Below are positions 28,101-37,196 of a stretch of 45,164 nt of DNA, one piece after another. This DNA is from Bacilli bacterium. GTDB lineage: Bacteria > Bacillota_I > Bacilli_A > RF39 > UBA660. A program made the position numbers and the translations under genes. The notes beneath the pieces are model-generated. The model saw nothing but the letters and a program-made list of their open reading frames with translations, was not told the DNA's origin and made no database searches. Where the stretch lies: positions 1-45,164 of the forward strand of contig JAEETF010000025.1 in NCBI GenBank assembly GCA_016290195.1, written 5' to 3'. Position 1 is the stretch's first letter. Each line of letters opens with the position of its first letter.

Positions 28101-28133
28101 TGATATAATCTTCTTAGTAATACTAGGAGGATT
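28101..28133 (+). promoter_or_regulatory. extended -10 promoter overlapping an SD-sequestering hairpin
   Basis: TGaTATAAT 28101-28109; AATCTTCTTAGT-aat-ACTAGGAGGATT stem containing AGGAGG. Confidence 0.5.
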
Positions 28134-28139
28134 TTTTTT

Positions 28140-29975
28140 ATGAGTAATCTTTATATACCTGTTTGTGCATTTTTTATTTCAATAGTTTTAAATATTATTT
28201 TCTTTTCCAAAGAAAATGTAAAAAATGTTGAAACAAAAATATTTTCAAAATTATTAGTTATTAATTTATTTGATATTATTATTATGATTACTTTAGTTTT
28301 TTTGGGGTACTGGCAAAATATAATTAATAATGATATTTATGCAATTATATTAAATAAAATTGATTACATTTTATATTTGTTTTGGGCTTGGTTATTCTTC
28401 TTATATATTATTAACATATCATTTAAGAAAGAAGAAGAATCATATGAATTTGTTAAAAAATTAACATTAGTAATTAATATAATTTGTTCAATTGCCATAA
28501 TAATTTTAGATACAAATTTATATAATGAAAATAATGTAATGTATTCTTATGGACCATCAGCTATTTGTTTATATGCAATATGTGGTTTTTATTTCTTTGT
28601 AATATTTATGTCAATTGTTGTTAATTATAAAAATATTTTAAATAAAAAATATTATCCAGTTTATGTATTAATCTTTTTAATATTTGTAATATTTGTTGTA
28701 AGAAGTATTAATCCTGGATTACTTATTATTTCAGCAGTAATGACATTTATTAATTTAATTATGTATTTTACTATAGAAAATCCAGATTTAAAAATGATTA
28801 CACAATTAGAAAATGCTAAAATTCAGGCTGATAATGCACGTATTCAAGCAGAAAAAGCCAATAGAGCTAAAAGTGATTTCTTAAGTAGTATGAGTCATGA
28901 AATAAGAACACCTTTAAATGCTATTGTTGGACTATGTGAAGATATTGGAAGTTATAAAAAAGATGTACCAAAGGAAGTATCAGAAGATGCTGAAGATATT
29001 ATTAATGCTTCTGAAACATTACTTGAAATAGTTGGTAATATTCTGGATATGAATAAAATCGAAAACAATAAAATGGAAATAGTAGAATATTCATATAATC
29101 CAAAAACTATAATAAAAAAAGTTGCAAAAGTTGCAGCTACTAGAATAGGAAATAAACCAATTAAGTTTAATATGCATATTGCCGAAGATTTACCATATGA
29201 ATTAATTGGTGATAAGTTACATTTAAAAGAAATAATTAACAATTTATTAACTAATGCTTGTAAATATACTGAAAAAGGACTTATTAATCTAACTGTAAAA
29301 TGTATAAATGAAAAAGATAAGTGTAATTTAATTATTAGTGTTGCTGATACTGGTAGAGGTATTAAAGCAGAAAATATAACAAAATTATTTACTAAATTTG
29401 AAAGATTGGATGTTGAAAAAAATACTACTATTGAAGGAACAGGACTTGGACTTGCGATTACAAAAGCTCTTGTTGATTTAATGGGTGGAAAAATTAATGT
29501 TCAAAGTCAGTATGGTATGGGTTCTATATTTGTAGTTAATTTACCACAAAAAATAGGAAAAATGATTAATGAAAAAGAAGAAGAAGAAAATCCTAATACT
29601 GTATCTTCATATTGGAATCGTAAAGTATTAATAGTAGATGATAATAAATTAAATATTAAAGTTGCTAAGAAAGCTTTAAATGATTTTAATTTTGAATTAG
29701 ATGAATGTTATGATGGTTTATCTTGTTTAGAAAAAGTAAAAACTAAAAATTATGATTTAATACTATTAGATATTATGATGCCTAAACTTGATGGTAATGA
29801 AACTATGAAAAAATTAAAAGAAAATCCTAATTTTAATACTCCAGTAATTGCTTTAACTGCAGATGCAGTAGCCGGTGCTGAAGAAAAATATTTGAAGAAT
29901 GGATTTAGTGATTATATTGCTAAACCATTTACAAAGTCTCAAATAAAAGAAAAATTAGACTCAATTTTTAAATAA
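28140..29975 (+). CDS. multi-TM hybrid sensor histidine kinase (HisKA + HATPase + receiver)
   Basis: about 7 TM segments; MSHEIRTPLNAI, NLLTNACKYT, DTGRGI, GTGLGL; receiver VDDN, LLDIMMP, ALTA, KP. Confidence 0.95.
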   Translation: MSNLYIPVCAFFISIVLNIIFFSKENVKNVETKIFSKLLVINLFDIIIMITLVFLGYWQNIINNDIYAIILNKIDYILYLFWAWLFFLYIINISFKKEEESYEFVKKLTLVINIICSIAIIILDTNLYNENNVMYSYGPSAICLYAICGFYFFVIFMSIVVNYKNILNKKYYPVYVLIFLIFVIFVVRSINPGLLIISAVMTFINLIMYFTIENPDLKMITQLENAKIQADNARIQAEKANRAKSDFLSSMSHEIRTPLNAIVGLCEDIGSYKKDVPKEVSEDAEDIINASETLLEIVGNILDMNKIENNKMEIVEYSYNPKTIIKKVAKVAATRIGNKPIKFNMHIAEDLPYELIGDKLHLKEIINNLLTNACKYTEKGLINLTVKCINEKDKCNLIISVADTGRGIKAENITKLFTKFERLDVEKNTTIEGTGLGLAITKALVDLMGGKINVQSQYGMGSIFVVNLPQKIGKMINEKEEEENPNTVSSYWNRKVLIVDDNKLNIKVAKKALNDFNFELDECYDGLSCLEKVKTKNYDLILLDIMMPKLDGNETMKKLKENPNFNTPVIALTADAVAGAEEKYLKNGFSDYIAKPFTKSQIKEKLDSIFK

Positions 29976-29998
29976 CTTTTCTATATGAAAAGTTTTTT
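29974..29998 (+). terminator. intrinsic terminator after histidine kinase
   Basis: AACTTTTC-tatat-GAAAAGTT plus U-tract. Confidence 0.55.
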
Positions 29999-30056
29999 CT
30001 TTGTATTCCTTTAAAATATCAATATTTTATAGTATAATATTTTTAGAGGTGATAGT

Positions 30057-31031
30057 ATGAAAAAGTTTTTTTCGTCATTAACCAAAAAAATTGAAGAAAA
30101 AGAAAAAATAATTCTAATGACTCATAAAAATATGGATTTAGATGGTTTTTCAGCATCACTTTGTTTATTTAATATTATTAGCAAAATGAATAAAGAATGT
30201 TTTATATATTTAGGTGAAAAACAAAATAATGATTGTATAATTAAAACAATTAAAAAGCTAAAAAAAGAAAATTATGAGTATAATGTATTATCTAAGAAAG
30301 AATTAGATGATTTTTCATTTGATAATACATTGTTGATAATAGTTGATGTTAATAAAAATCATTTATTAGAAAATAATGATTTATTAAATAAAGTAGATGA
30401 AGTAATTGTTATTGATCATCATATTCAAGATATAGATTATATACATAACACTATTTTTTCTTATGTTAATGCTAGTATGTCTAGTGTAGCAGAAATTATG
30501 GTAGAATATTGTAAATATCTAAAATTTGAGCCAGATACAATATTAGCAACAATTTTACTATGTGCAATAACAATTGATACAAATTATTTTAATTTTAAAA
30601 CAACTGCAAATACATATGAAAGTGCTGCCTATTTAACAAAATGTGGGGCTTCTACTATAATTAAACAAGAATTACTTAGAGAAAGTAAAGACATATATAT
30701 TGAAAGACAAATATATATTGAACACAGTTATCAAATAAGTGATGATATAATTTTTTGTGTAATAGATGATAAAATTGTTTCTTCATCTTATTTGGCAATT
30801 GTTGCTGACAATATATTAAATTTTGAAGGAATAGAAGCATCATTTTGTATTGGCAAGATTGAAGATAATACTGTAGGTATTAGTGCAAGATCAATTGGTA
30901 ATATTGATGTTCAAAAAATAATGAAAAAACTTGGTGGTGGTGGTCATATTACTGATGCTGCTACTAAGATAGAAGATACCGAAATAGATGAATGTATAGA
31001 TAAATTAACTAAAATTATTAAGGAGGGATAA
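30057..31031 (+). CDS. DHH/DHHA1 phosphoesterase (GdpP catalytic part only)
   Basis: H...DLD, IVD, IDHH, IDT, ISARS, GGGGH; directly upstream of rplI-dnaB like gdpP; no TM/PAS/GGDEF region. Confidence 0.85.
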   Translation: MKKFFSSLTKKIEEKEKIILMTHKNMDLDGFSASLCLFNIISKMNKECFIYLGEKQNNDCIIKTIKKLKKENYEYNVLSKKELDDFSFDNTLLIIVDVNKNHLLENNDLLNKVDEVIVIDHHIQDIDYIHNTIFSYVNASMSSVAEIMVEYCKYLKFEPDTILATILLCAITIDTNYFNFKTTANTYESAAYLTKCGASTIIKQELLRESKDIYIERQIYIEHSYQISDDIIFCVIDDKIVSSSYLAIVADNILNFEGIEASFCIGKIEDNTVGISARSIGNIDVQKIMKKLGGGGHITDAATKIEDTEIDECIDKLTKIIKEG

Positions 31032-31032
31032 C

Positions 31033-31479
31033 ATGAAAGTAATATTATTAAAAGATGTTAAAGGTCAAGGTAAAAAAGATGATATTATTGATGTAAAACC
31101 AGGCTATGCTATGAACTTTTTAATTAAAAATGGTTATGGCGTAGCTGCAACAAGTACTAGTGTAAAACGTTTAGATAGTGAAATAACTGATCGCAAAGAA
31201 AAAGAAAAAGAACTTATAGCTTCTTGTGAAAAAATAAAAGAAAAATTAGCTACTTTAACACTAACATTTAAAGTAAAAACTGGTAGTGGTGATAGAGTAT
31301 TTGGTAGTGTAAGTACTAAACAAATTGCAGATGAATTAAAAAAGAAAAAATATGATATAGATAAAAAACAAATTAATTTAAAAGAAGCATTAACAAGCTT
31401 AGGGTTTCATGATGTAGAAATTAATTTGCATAAAAAAGTAGTAGCAACTATTAAAGTACAATTAGTAAAGGAAGATTAG
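31033..31479 (+). CDS. rplI: 50S ribosomal protein L9
   Basis: MKVILLKDVKGQGKK..VKPGYA.NFL, FGSVSTKQI. Confidence 0.98.
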   Translation: MKVILLKDVKGQGKKDDIIDVKPGYAMNFLIKNGYGVAATSTSVKRLDSEITDRKEKEKELIASCEKIKEKLATLTLTFKVKTGSGDRVFGSVSTKQIADELKKKKYDIDKKQINLKEALTSLGFHDVEINLHKKVVATIKVQLVKED

Positions 31480-31480
31480 T

Positions 31481-32824
31481 ATGAATGGTAAAGAATTGCC
31501 ACATGATTTGATAGCTGAAAAATCAGTTTTAGGGTCAATGTTTTTATCAAAGTATGCTTTGCAAAGAGCAGTAGAAACATTATCTCCAGAACATTTTTTT
31601 GCATCAGCTAATAGTAATATATTTAAAGTATTATCAGATTTATGTGAAAAAGGAACAGCAATAGATTTTACAACTGTTACAGCAGAATTAGTTACAAGAA
31701 ACTTATTAAAACAAGTTGGAGATGTTGAATATTTAACAGAAGTAATTAATGCTGTACCAACAGCAGCTAATATTGATGAATATATTAAAATTGTAGAAGA
31801 AAAAGCTTTAAGAAGAAAATTAATATCTGAAGCAACTGATATTGCTACAACAGGATATACTTCATCAGATTCAATAGGTGATATTTTAGATAATGCTGAA
31901 AAGAAAATATTTAGTGTTGTAAAAACAAGAAAAGGTACAGAATTTAGAAGTATTCAAGATGTTTTATTTAAAACACAATCTGATCTTGAAAAACTAGCTC
32001 AAACTAAAGGTGAAATTACAGGACTTTCTACAGGTTTTTATGATTTGGATAAAGTAACAGCTGGATTACATCCAAATGAATTAATAATTATTGCAGCCAG
32101 ACCAGCTATGGGTAAAACAGCATTTGCCCTTAATTTAGCAACTAATATAGCCATGAATACAGAGAAAAGTGTAGCTGTATTTAATATGGAAATGAGTGCA
32201 GAACAACTTGCAACAAGAATGCTATCATCTGTAGGACAAATAGAATTTAATAAACTTAAAAGTGGTAACTTAGAACATAATGACTGGAAACGTATAAATG
32301 AAGCAATCAGTAAACTTGCAGATACTAAATTATATATTGATGATACACCTGGTATGACAATTGGAGAAATTCGTTCTAAATGTCGTAGACTTGCATCATC
32401 TCAAGATGGTTTAAGTATTGTTATAATTGACTATTTGCAATTAATTAATGGTTCTGATAAATATGCTGGTAATAGACAACAAGAAGTATCAGAAATATCA
32501 CGTTCACTTAAAACAATGGCACTAGAACTTGGAATTCCAGTTATTGCCCTTGCCCAACTATCACGTAGTGTTGAAGGAAGAGATGATAAACGTCCAATCC
32601 TTAGTGATTTAAGGGAATCAGGATCAATTGAACAAGATGCCGATATAGTCGCATTCTTATATCGTGATGATTATTATAATAAAGAAAGTGCTATAGATGA
32701 ATATACAAGTCGTAGTGAATTTATTATTGGAAAACATCGTAGTGGTCCAACAACAACAATTGATTTGTTATTTAAAAGAAATACAAGTACTTTTGTAAAT
32801 TTTATAGATAAAGAAGAAAGTTAG
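31481..32824 (+). CDS. dnaB: replicative DNA helicase (DnaB; DnaC in B. subtilis nomenclature)
   Basis: AARPAMGKT, IDYLQL, QLSR, SDLRESGSIEQDAD. Confidence 0.99.
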   Translation: MNGKELPHDLIAEKSVLGSMFLSKYALQRAVETLSPEHFFASANSNIFKVLSDLCEKGTAIDFTTVTAELVTRNLLKQVGDVEYLTEVINAVPTAANIDEYIKIVEEKALRRKLISEATDIATTGYTSSDSIGDILDNAEKKIFSVVKTRKGTEFRSIQDVLFKTQSDLEKLAQTKGEITGLSTGFYDLDKVTAGLHPNELIIIAARPAMGKTAFALNLATNIAMNTEKSVAVFNMEMSAEQLATRMLSSVGQIEFNKLKSGNLEHNDWKRINEAISKLADTKLYIDDTPGMTIGEIRSKCRRLASSQDGLSIVIIDYLQLINGSDKYAGNRQQEVSEISRSLKTMALELGIPVIALAQLSRSVEGRDDKRPILSDLRESGSIEQDADIVAFLYRDDYYNKESAIDEYTSRSEFIIGKHRSGPTTTIDLLFKRNTSTFVNFIDKEES

Positions 32825-32831
32825 GGGTTAT

Positions 32832-34277
32832 ATGAAAAAAGTATTAATTATAATCTTATTATTAGTAGTGGCAGCAGTAACTGCTTACTTAGGTTTTGAT
32901 TATAAGCATAGTATAGAACCAAATCATTATTATCAAGTATACTTAGATGATGAATTATTAGGTACTATTAAGTCTAAAAGTGAATTTGAAAAATATGTTG
33001 ATAAACGTGGTGAATATATAAAAAATAGATATAATGTAAAAAAAATATTATCACCAAATGGATTAGAAATAAGACGTATTTCTACATATGATGCTGAATT
33101 ATCAACCGTAGAAGATATTTATAATAAAATAGTGGATAAAAAAGCTTTTACAATAGCTGGATATCAATTTACTTTAACAAATGATAATGGTAGTAAAGTT
33201 ATATATGTTCTTGATAAAGATGTTTTTGAAAAAGCAGTTACTAAGGCAATAGAAACATTTGTTGGAACAGAAAAATATGATTCATTTTTAAATAATACGC
33301 AAACTGAAATAGAAACAACAGGGTCATATACAAATAATATATATATTGACGAAAAAATAACACCAAAGGCAGTAAATATACCTGTTAATGAAACAATTTA
33401 TACAGATGTAGATGAACTTACAACTTATTTGATTTTTGGTAAAGATTATAAAAAGGAAATATATGAGATTCAACCGGGTGATACCATTTCAAAAGTAGCT
33501 TTTAATCATGAAATTGGTATTTCTGAATTCTTAATGTCCAATCCAGATTTAACAAGTGAAAATAATTTATTATTCCCAGGTGAAAAAGTTATTATTGCTC
33601 AAACAAATCCACAATTAAGTGTCGTTATTGAGGAAAAGATAGTAGAAGATGTAGATGACATATTCCAAGTAATTGAACAAGTTGATCCAGATGAATTAGT
33701 GGGTCATGATAAGGTATTACAAGAAGGAGAAAATGGAATGTCACGTCTTACACGTAATACTAAGAAAATAAATGGTGTATTTATTTATTCAGATACAGAA
33801 AAACGTGAAATATTAAAACCAACAATTGATAAGATTATTTCAAAAGGTGGAAAAATTATTCCAAATGTTGGATCTCTTACAAGCTGGGGCTGGCCTACAG
33901 AACCAGGATGGGTTATTACAGATGACTTTGTATGGCGTATTAATCCAATAACAGGTGCTCGTGAGCTTCACTCAGGAATTGATATTGCAGGACTTGGTTA
34001 TTATGCCCCAATTTATGCAACTAATAATGGAACAGTAGAAACAAAAAGATATTCATATGATTATGGTAATCATGTAATCATCAATCATAATAATGGTTAT
34101 TACACTCTATATGCACATATGGCTGACTTTTCAACTCAACAAGTTGGTGATACAGTATCACGTGGTGAATTAATTGGTTATATGGGTATGACAGGATATG
34201 CAACTGGTGTCCACCTTCACTATGAAGTATGGGAAGGATGCCGCTTCTGCCGTATTAGTCCATGGAGCATCTATTAA
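32832..34277 (+). CDS. membrane-anchored LysM + G5 + M23 peptidoglycan endopeptidase
   Basis: N-terminal TM; YEIQPGDTISKVA (LysM); QEGENG (G5); HSGID and HLH zinc motifs. Confidence 0.9.
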   Translation: MKKVLIIILLLVVAAVTAYLGFDYKHSIEPNHYYQVYLDDELLGTIKSKSEFEKYVDKRGEYIKNRYNVKKILSPNGLEIRRISTYDAELSTVEDIYNKIVDKKAFTIAGYQFTLTNDNGSKVIYVLDKDVFEKAVTKAIETFVGTEKYDSFLNNTQTEIETTGSYTNNIYIDEKITPKAVNIPVNETIYTDVDELTTYLIFGKDYKKEIYEIQPGDTISKVAFNHEIGISEFLMSNPDLTSENNLLFPGEKVIIAQTNPQLSVVIEEKIVEDVDDIFQVIEQVDPDELVGHDKVLQEGENGMSRLTRNTKKINGVFIYSDTEKREILKPTIDKIISKGGKIIPNVGSLTSWGWPTEPGWVITDDFVWRINPITGARELHSGIDIAGLGYYAPIYATNNGTVETKRYSYDYGNHVIINHNNGYYTLYAHMADFSTQQVGDTVSRGELIGYMGMTGYATGVHLHYEVWEGCRFCRISPWSIY

Positions 34278-35038
34278 TGAAATATAGTGTTCTAGCAACC
34301 GGTATTACTGGTAATGGAACATATATTGAAACAGAAAATACCAAGATTTTAATAGATCTTGGTATGAACTGTTTATATGTGAAAAATCATTTCAAAGAAA
34401 TGACTATTAATCACGCAGAAGTAGAAGCAATATTAATAACACATACACATATTGACCATATTGCAGGTTTAAAAGTATTTTTAAAAAAATATAAACCTAT
34501 GTTATATATAACTACAAAAATGTATCCTGATTTAAAAGAAATAATTGGAAGTAATGAGTATCAAATAATAAGTGATAAATTCTTTATTAGTGATTTAGCT
34601 ATTACTCCTATTACACTTTCTCATGATGCACCTGATATTAAAGGTTATTTATTTGAATCAAATGGCAAAACACTAGTACATATTACTGATACTGGATATA
34701 TAAATAATAAATATTTAGATTTATTAAAAAATCATAATGCCTATAATTTTGAAAGTAATCATGATGTAAAAATGTTAATGGATGGGAAATATCAATTTCA
34801 CCTTAAACAAAGAATACTAAGTGATAAAGGACATTTATCAAATAAAGATAGTGCCTATTATTTATCAAAATTAATTGGAAATAAGACTAAAAATGTAGTT
34901 TTAATCCATTTAAGTCGTGATAATAATACACCAGAATTAGCAAAAGAAAGTTTTAATGAAATGATTAAGAAAACAAATTATAAAATAGAACCAATTATTT
35001 CATCACCAACAGAAAGAACGGAGTTATTTATAATATGA
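34277..35038 (+). CDS. yycJ: YycJ/WalJ metallo-beta-lactamase-fold nuclease
   Basis: THTHIDH, SHDA, TDTG, ESNHD, GHLSN, HLSRDNN; upstream of rlmH; TAATG overlap with M23 gene. Confidence 0.88.
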   Translation: MKYSVLATGITGNGTYIETENTKILIDLGMNCLYVKNHFKEMTINHAEVEAILITHTHIDHIAGLKVFLKKYKPMLYITTKMYPDLKEIIGSNEYQIISDKFFISDLAITPITLSHDAPDIKGYLFESNGKTLVHITDTGYINNKYLDLLKNHNAYNFESNHDVKMLMDGKYQFHLKQRILSDKGHLSNKDSAYYLSKLIGNKTKNVVLIHLSRDNNTPELAKESFNEMIKKTNYKIEPIISSPTERTELFII

Positions 35039-35490
35039 TAAAACTAATTGTAGTTGGCAAAATAAAAGAACAATTTTTTAGAGATGCCATAGAAGAATAT
35101 AAAAAAAGATTATCTAAATATACAAAATTAGAAATAATTGAAGTAAATGATATAAATGATTCTAATGAAAGTATTATTATTCAAAAAGAAAAAGAAGAAA
35201 TATTAAAACATATATCAAAAAATGAATATTTAATTTCACTTGATATTAATGGCAAAGAATTAACTTCTAAAGAATTAGCTAGTAAACTTGATAATCTATT
35301 TATTACTAATAGTACTATTACATTTATAATTGGTGGTTCATATGGACTTCATGATGATATAAAAAATATGTCCAATGAACGAATATCATTTTCTAAGCTA
35401 ACATTTCCGCATCAATTATTTAGGGTAATTTTACTTGAACAAATATATAGAGCATATAAAATAAATAATAATGAGGCTTATCATAAATAA
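35035..35490 (+). CDS. rlmH: 23S rRNA m3Psi1915 methyltransferase RlmH (OrfX)
   Basis: VGKIKE, FIIGGSYG, TFPHQLFR..LLEQIYRA, YHK. Confidence 0.98.
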   Translation: MIKLIVVGKIKEQFFRDAIEEYKKRLSKYTKLEIIEVNDINDSNESIIIQKEKEEILKHISKNEYLISLDINGKELTSKELASKLDNLFITNSTITFIIGGSYGLHDDIKNMSNERISFSKLTFPHQLFRVILLEQIYRAYKINNNEAYHK

Positions 35491-35492
35491 AT

Positions 35493-35538
35493 GAATAAAA
35501 AAATAAAATCATCTCATAAAGATATTGGAGATGATTTT
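35493..35538 (+). promoter_or_regulatory. sporulation-sigma-like promoter embedded in an SD-sequestering hairpin upstream of spoIIR
   Basis: GAATA-17-CATAAA; AAAATCATCTC (35505-35515)/GAGATGATTTT (35528-35538) perfect 11-bp inverted repeat. Confidence 0.45.
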
Positions 35539-35539
35539 T

Positions 35540-36061
35540 TTGAAGAATATTTTATTATTTATAGGAATAATTGCTTTTTATTTATTATTAAGTGAAACAG
35601 TAGTTAGTCAAAATCTTATACCAGAAGATGCTATTAGGATAAGAGTAATACCAAATAGTAATGATACATATGATATTAAAATAAAAGAAGAAGTATCAGA
35701 CATGTTAAAAGAAGATATGTATAAATTATTAAAAGATATTAAAGAAACAGATAGAGCCAAAATAATAATTGAAAATAATATAGACAATATAAGTACTAAT
35801 ATTAGTCATATTTTTGACAAAAATAGTTATAAAAAAGAATTTAATGTTAATTTTGGATTAAATTACTTTCCTGAAAAAGAATATAAAGGAATAAAATATC
35901 AAGAAGGATATTACGAATCGCTTGTTGTAACTATTGGTGATGGTTTGGGTGACAACTGGTGGTGTGTATTATTTCCTCCATTATGTTTAATTGAAGAAAA
36001 TGAAAGCACAGATGTAAAATATACAACAATGGTAAAAGAAATACTTGATAACTATATGTAA
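35540..36061 (+). CDS. spoIIR: stage II sporulation protein R
   Basis: IPEDAIRIRVIPNSN...D..IK, FPEKEY, G.YESL...IG.G.G.NWWCVLFPPLC; signal peptide; start set at TTG 35540 after GGAGATGA (35525/35531 also possible). Confidence 0.95.
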   Translation: MKNILLFIGIIAFYLLLSETVVSQNLIPEDAIRIRVIPNSNDTYDIKIKEEVSDMLKEDMYKLLKDIKETDRAKIIIENNIDNISTNISHIFDKNSYKKEFNVNFGLNYFPEKEYKGIKYQEGYYESLVVTIGDGLGDNWWCVLFPPLCLIEENESTDVKYTTMVKEILDNYM

Positions 36062-36090
36062 TTAAGTTAAAATATTAAGTGGTGATTGCA

Positions 36091-36462
36091 GTGGAAAAAA
36101 ATCATTATGAATTAGCTGATAATATAACAATTGCTGATTTAAAAAAAGTTGGCTTTAATGAATTTAAATGTGAAAACAAAACATATATTTCATATTATAG
36201 ATGTTTATATGAAGAAATTGATTTACATATAACATTTGATATAACTAGTTCTAATATAATTACTTTCGATGAAGATAAAAACGTAGAAGTAATTGATGAT
36301 GAATTTGGACAGTATTTAAGTTCATTTTATTCAAATACTAGAAATAAATATATAGATAAAGTAATTAGTAGATATAATGAAGAAATGAATCATTTAGTAA
36401 ATTTAGGTATTTTAAAAAAAATATTATTAGATAAAGACAAACAATTTATTAAAATTAATTAA
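36091..36462 (+). CDS. hypothetical protein
   Basis: own TTGATA-17-TAAAAT promoter (36045-36073) and GGTGA SD before GTG 36091; no recognised family. Confidence 0.7.
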   Translation: MEKNHYELADNITIADLKKVGFNEFKCENKTYISYYRCLYEEIDLHITFDITSSNIITFDEDKNVEVIDDEFGQYLSSFYSNTRNKYIDKVISRYNEEMNHLVNLGILKKILLDKDKQFIKIN

Positions 36463-36505
36463 TGTATAAATAAACCTTCTATAAATATAATTTTATAGGA
36501 GGTTT
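36463..36505 (+). promoter_or_regulatory. promoter with -10 in the loop of a 14-bp anti-SD hairpin
   Basis: AAACCTTCTATAAA-TATAAT-TTTATAGGAGGTTT. Confidence 0.6.
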
Positions 36506-36507
36506 TT

Positions 36508-37038
36508 ATGAATTTAATATTTGTAATAATACTTGCAGTATCTCTATCTATGGATGCTTTTTCATTAGCAATTGCCTATGGCACATTAAATTTACAAAAA
36601 AATAAGATATTTTTAATTTCTTTAGTAGTTGGTATATATCATTTTTTTATGCCTCTAATAGGCCTATTAGTGGGAGAAATAATAATAAAGCATATTAGTA
36701 TATCTTCAGATATAATTGTATTTATTGTATTATTATTTATAGGTATGCAAATGATAGTAGAAAGTTTTAAAAATAAAAATAGTATTAAAAAAGTAGAATT
36801 TATTGAAATAATTCTATTTGGATTTGCAGTCAGTATTGATAGTTTGTCAGTAGGAATTAGTATGAATGCATTTGAAATAAAACCATTTATATGTACTACT
36901 ATATTTTCAATTACTAGTTTTATATTTACATATATAGGTTTATTATTTGGTAAAAAGCTAAACTCAATTTTTGGTAAGATTTCAACAATAATTGGTGGGA
37001 TATTATTAATAATACTGGGTATAATTTATTTAATCTAA
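36508..37038 (+). CDS. mntP: manganese efflux pump MntP/YtaF family membrane protein
   Basis: SLSMDAFS, FFMPLIG, AVSIDSL.VG, GG.LLI.LG; ywlD-like position after spoIIR. Confidence 0.8.
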   Translation: MNLIFVIILAVSLSMDAFSLAIAYGTLNLQKNKIFLISLVVGIYHFFMPLIGLLVGEIIIKHISISSDIIVFIVLLFIGMQMIVESFKNKNSIKKVEFIEIILFGFAVSIDSLSVGISMNAFEIKPFICTTIFSITSFIFTYIGLLFGKKLNSIFGKISTIIGGILLIILGIIYLI

Positions 37039-37057
37039 CAATAGTTAGATTTTTTTT
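37032..37057 (+). terminator. intrinsic terminator after mntP
   Basis: AATCTAAC-aata-GTTAGATT plus U-tract. Confidence 0.65.
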
Positions 37058-37196
37058 GTAAAAATGTGTAAACATTATTGTATTTACTTGCGTTTGACTA
37101 CATAAAAATTATATAATAAATAAGACAAATTTTTATGGTTTGACACCAAATTTGAATATAGACATATTTATATATTGAACAAGTGGAGGGCATATA

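Noticed and set aside
37057-37072. TGTAAA direct repeat upstream of murA as a WalR box
   Set aside because: Spacer is 4 bp rather than the required 5, and the motif is AT-rich
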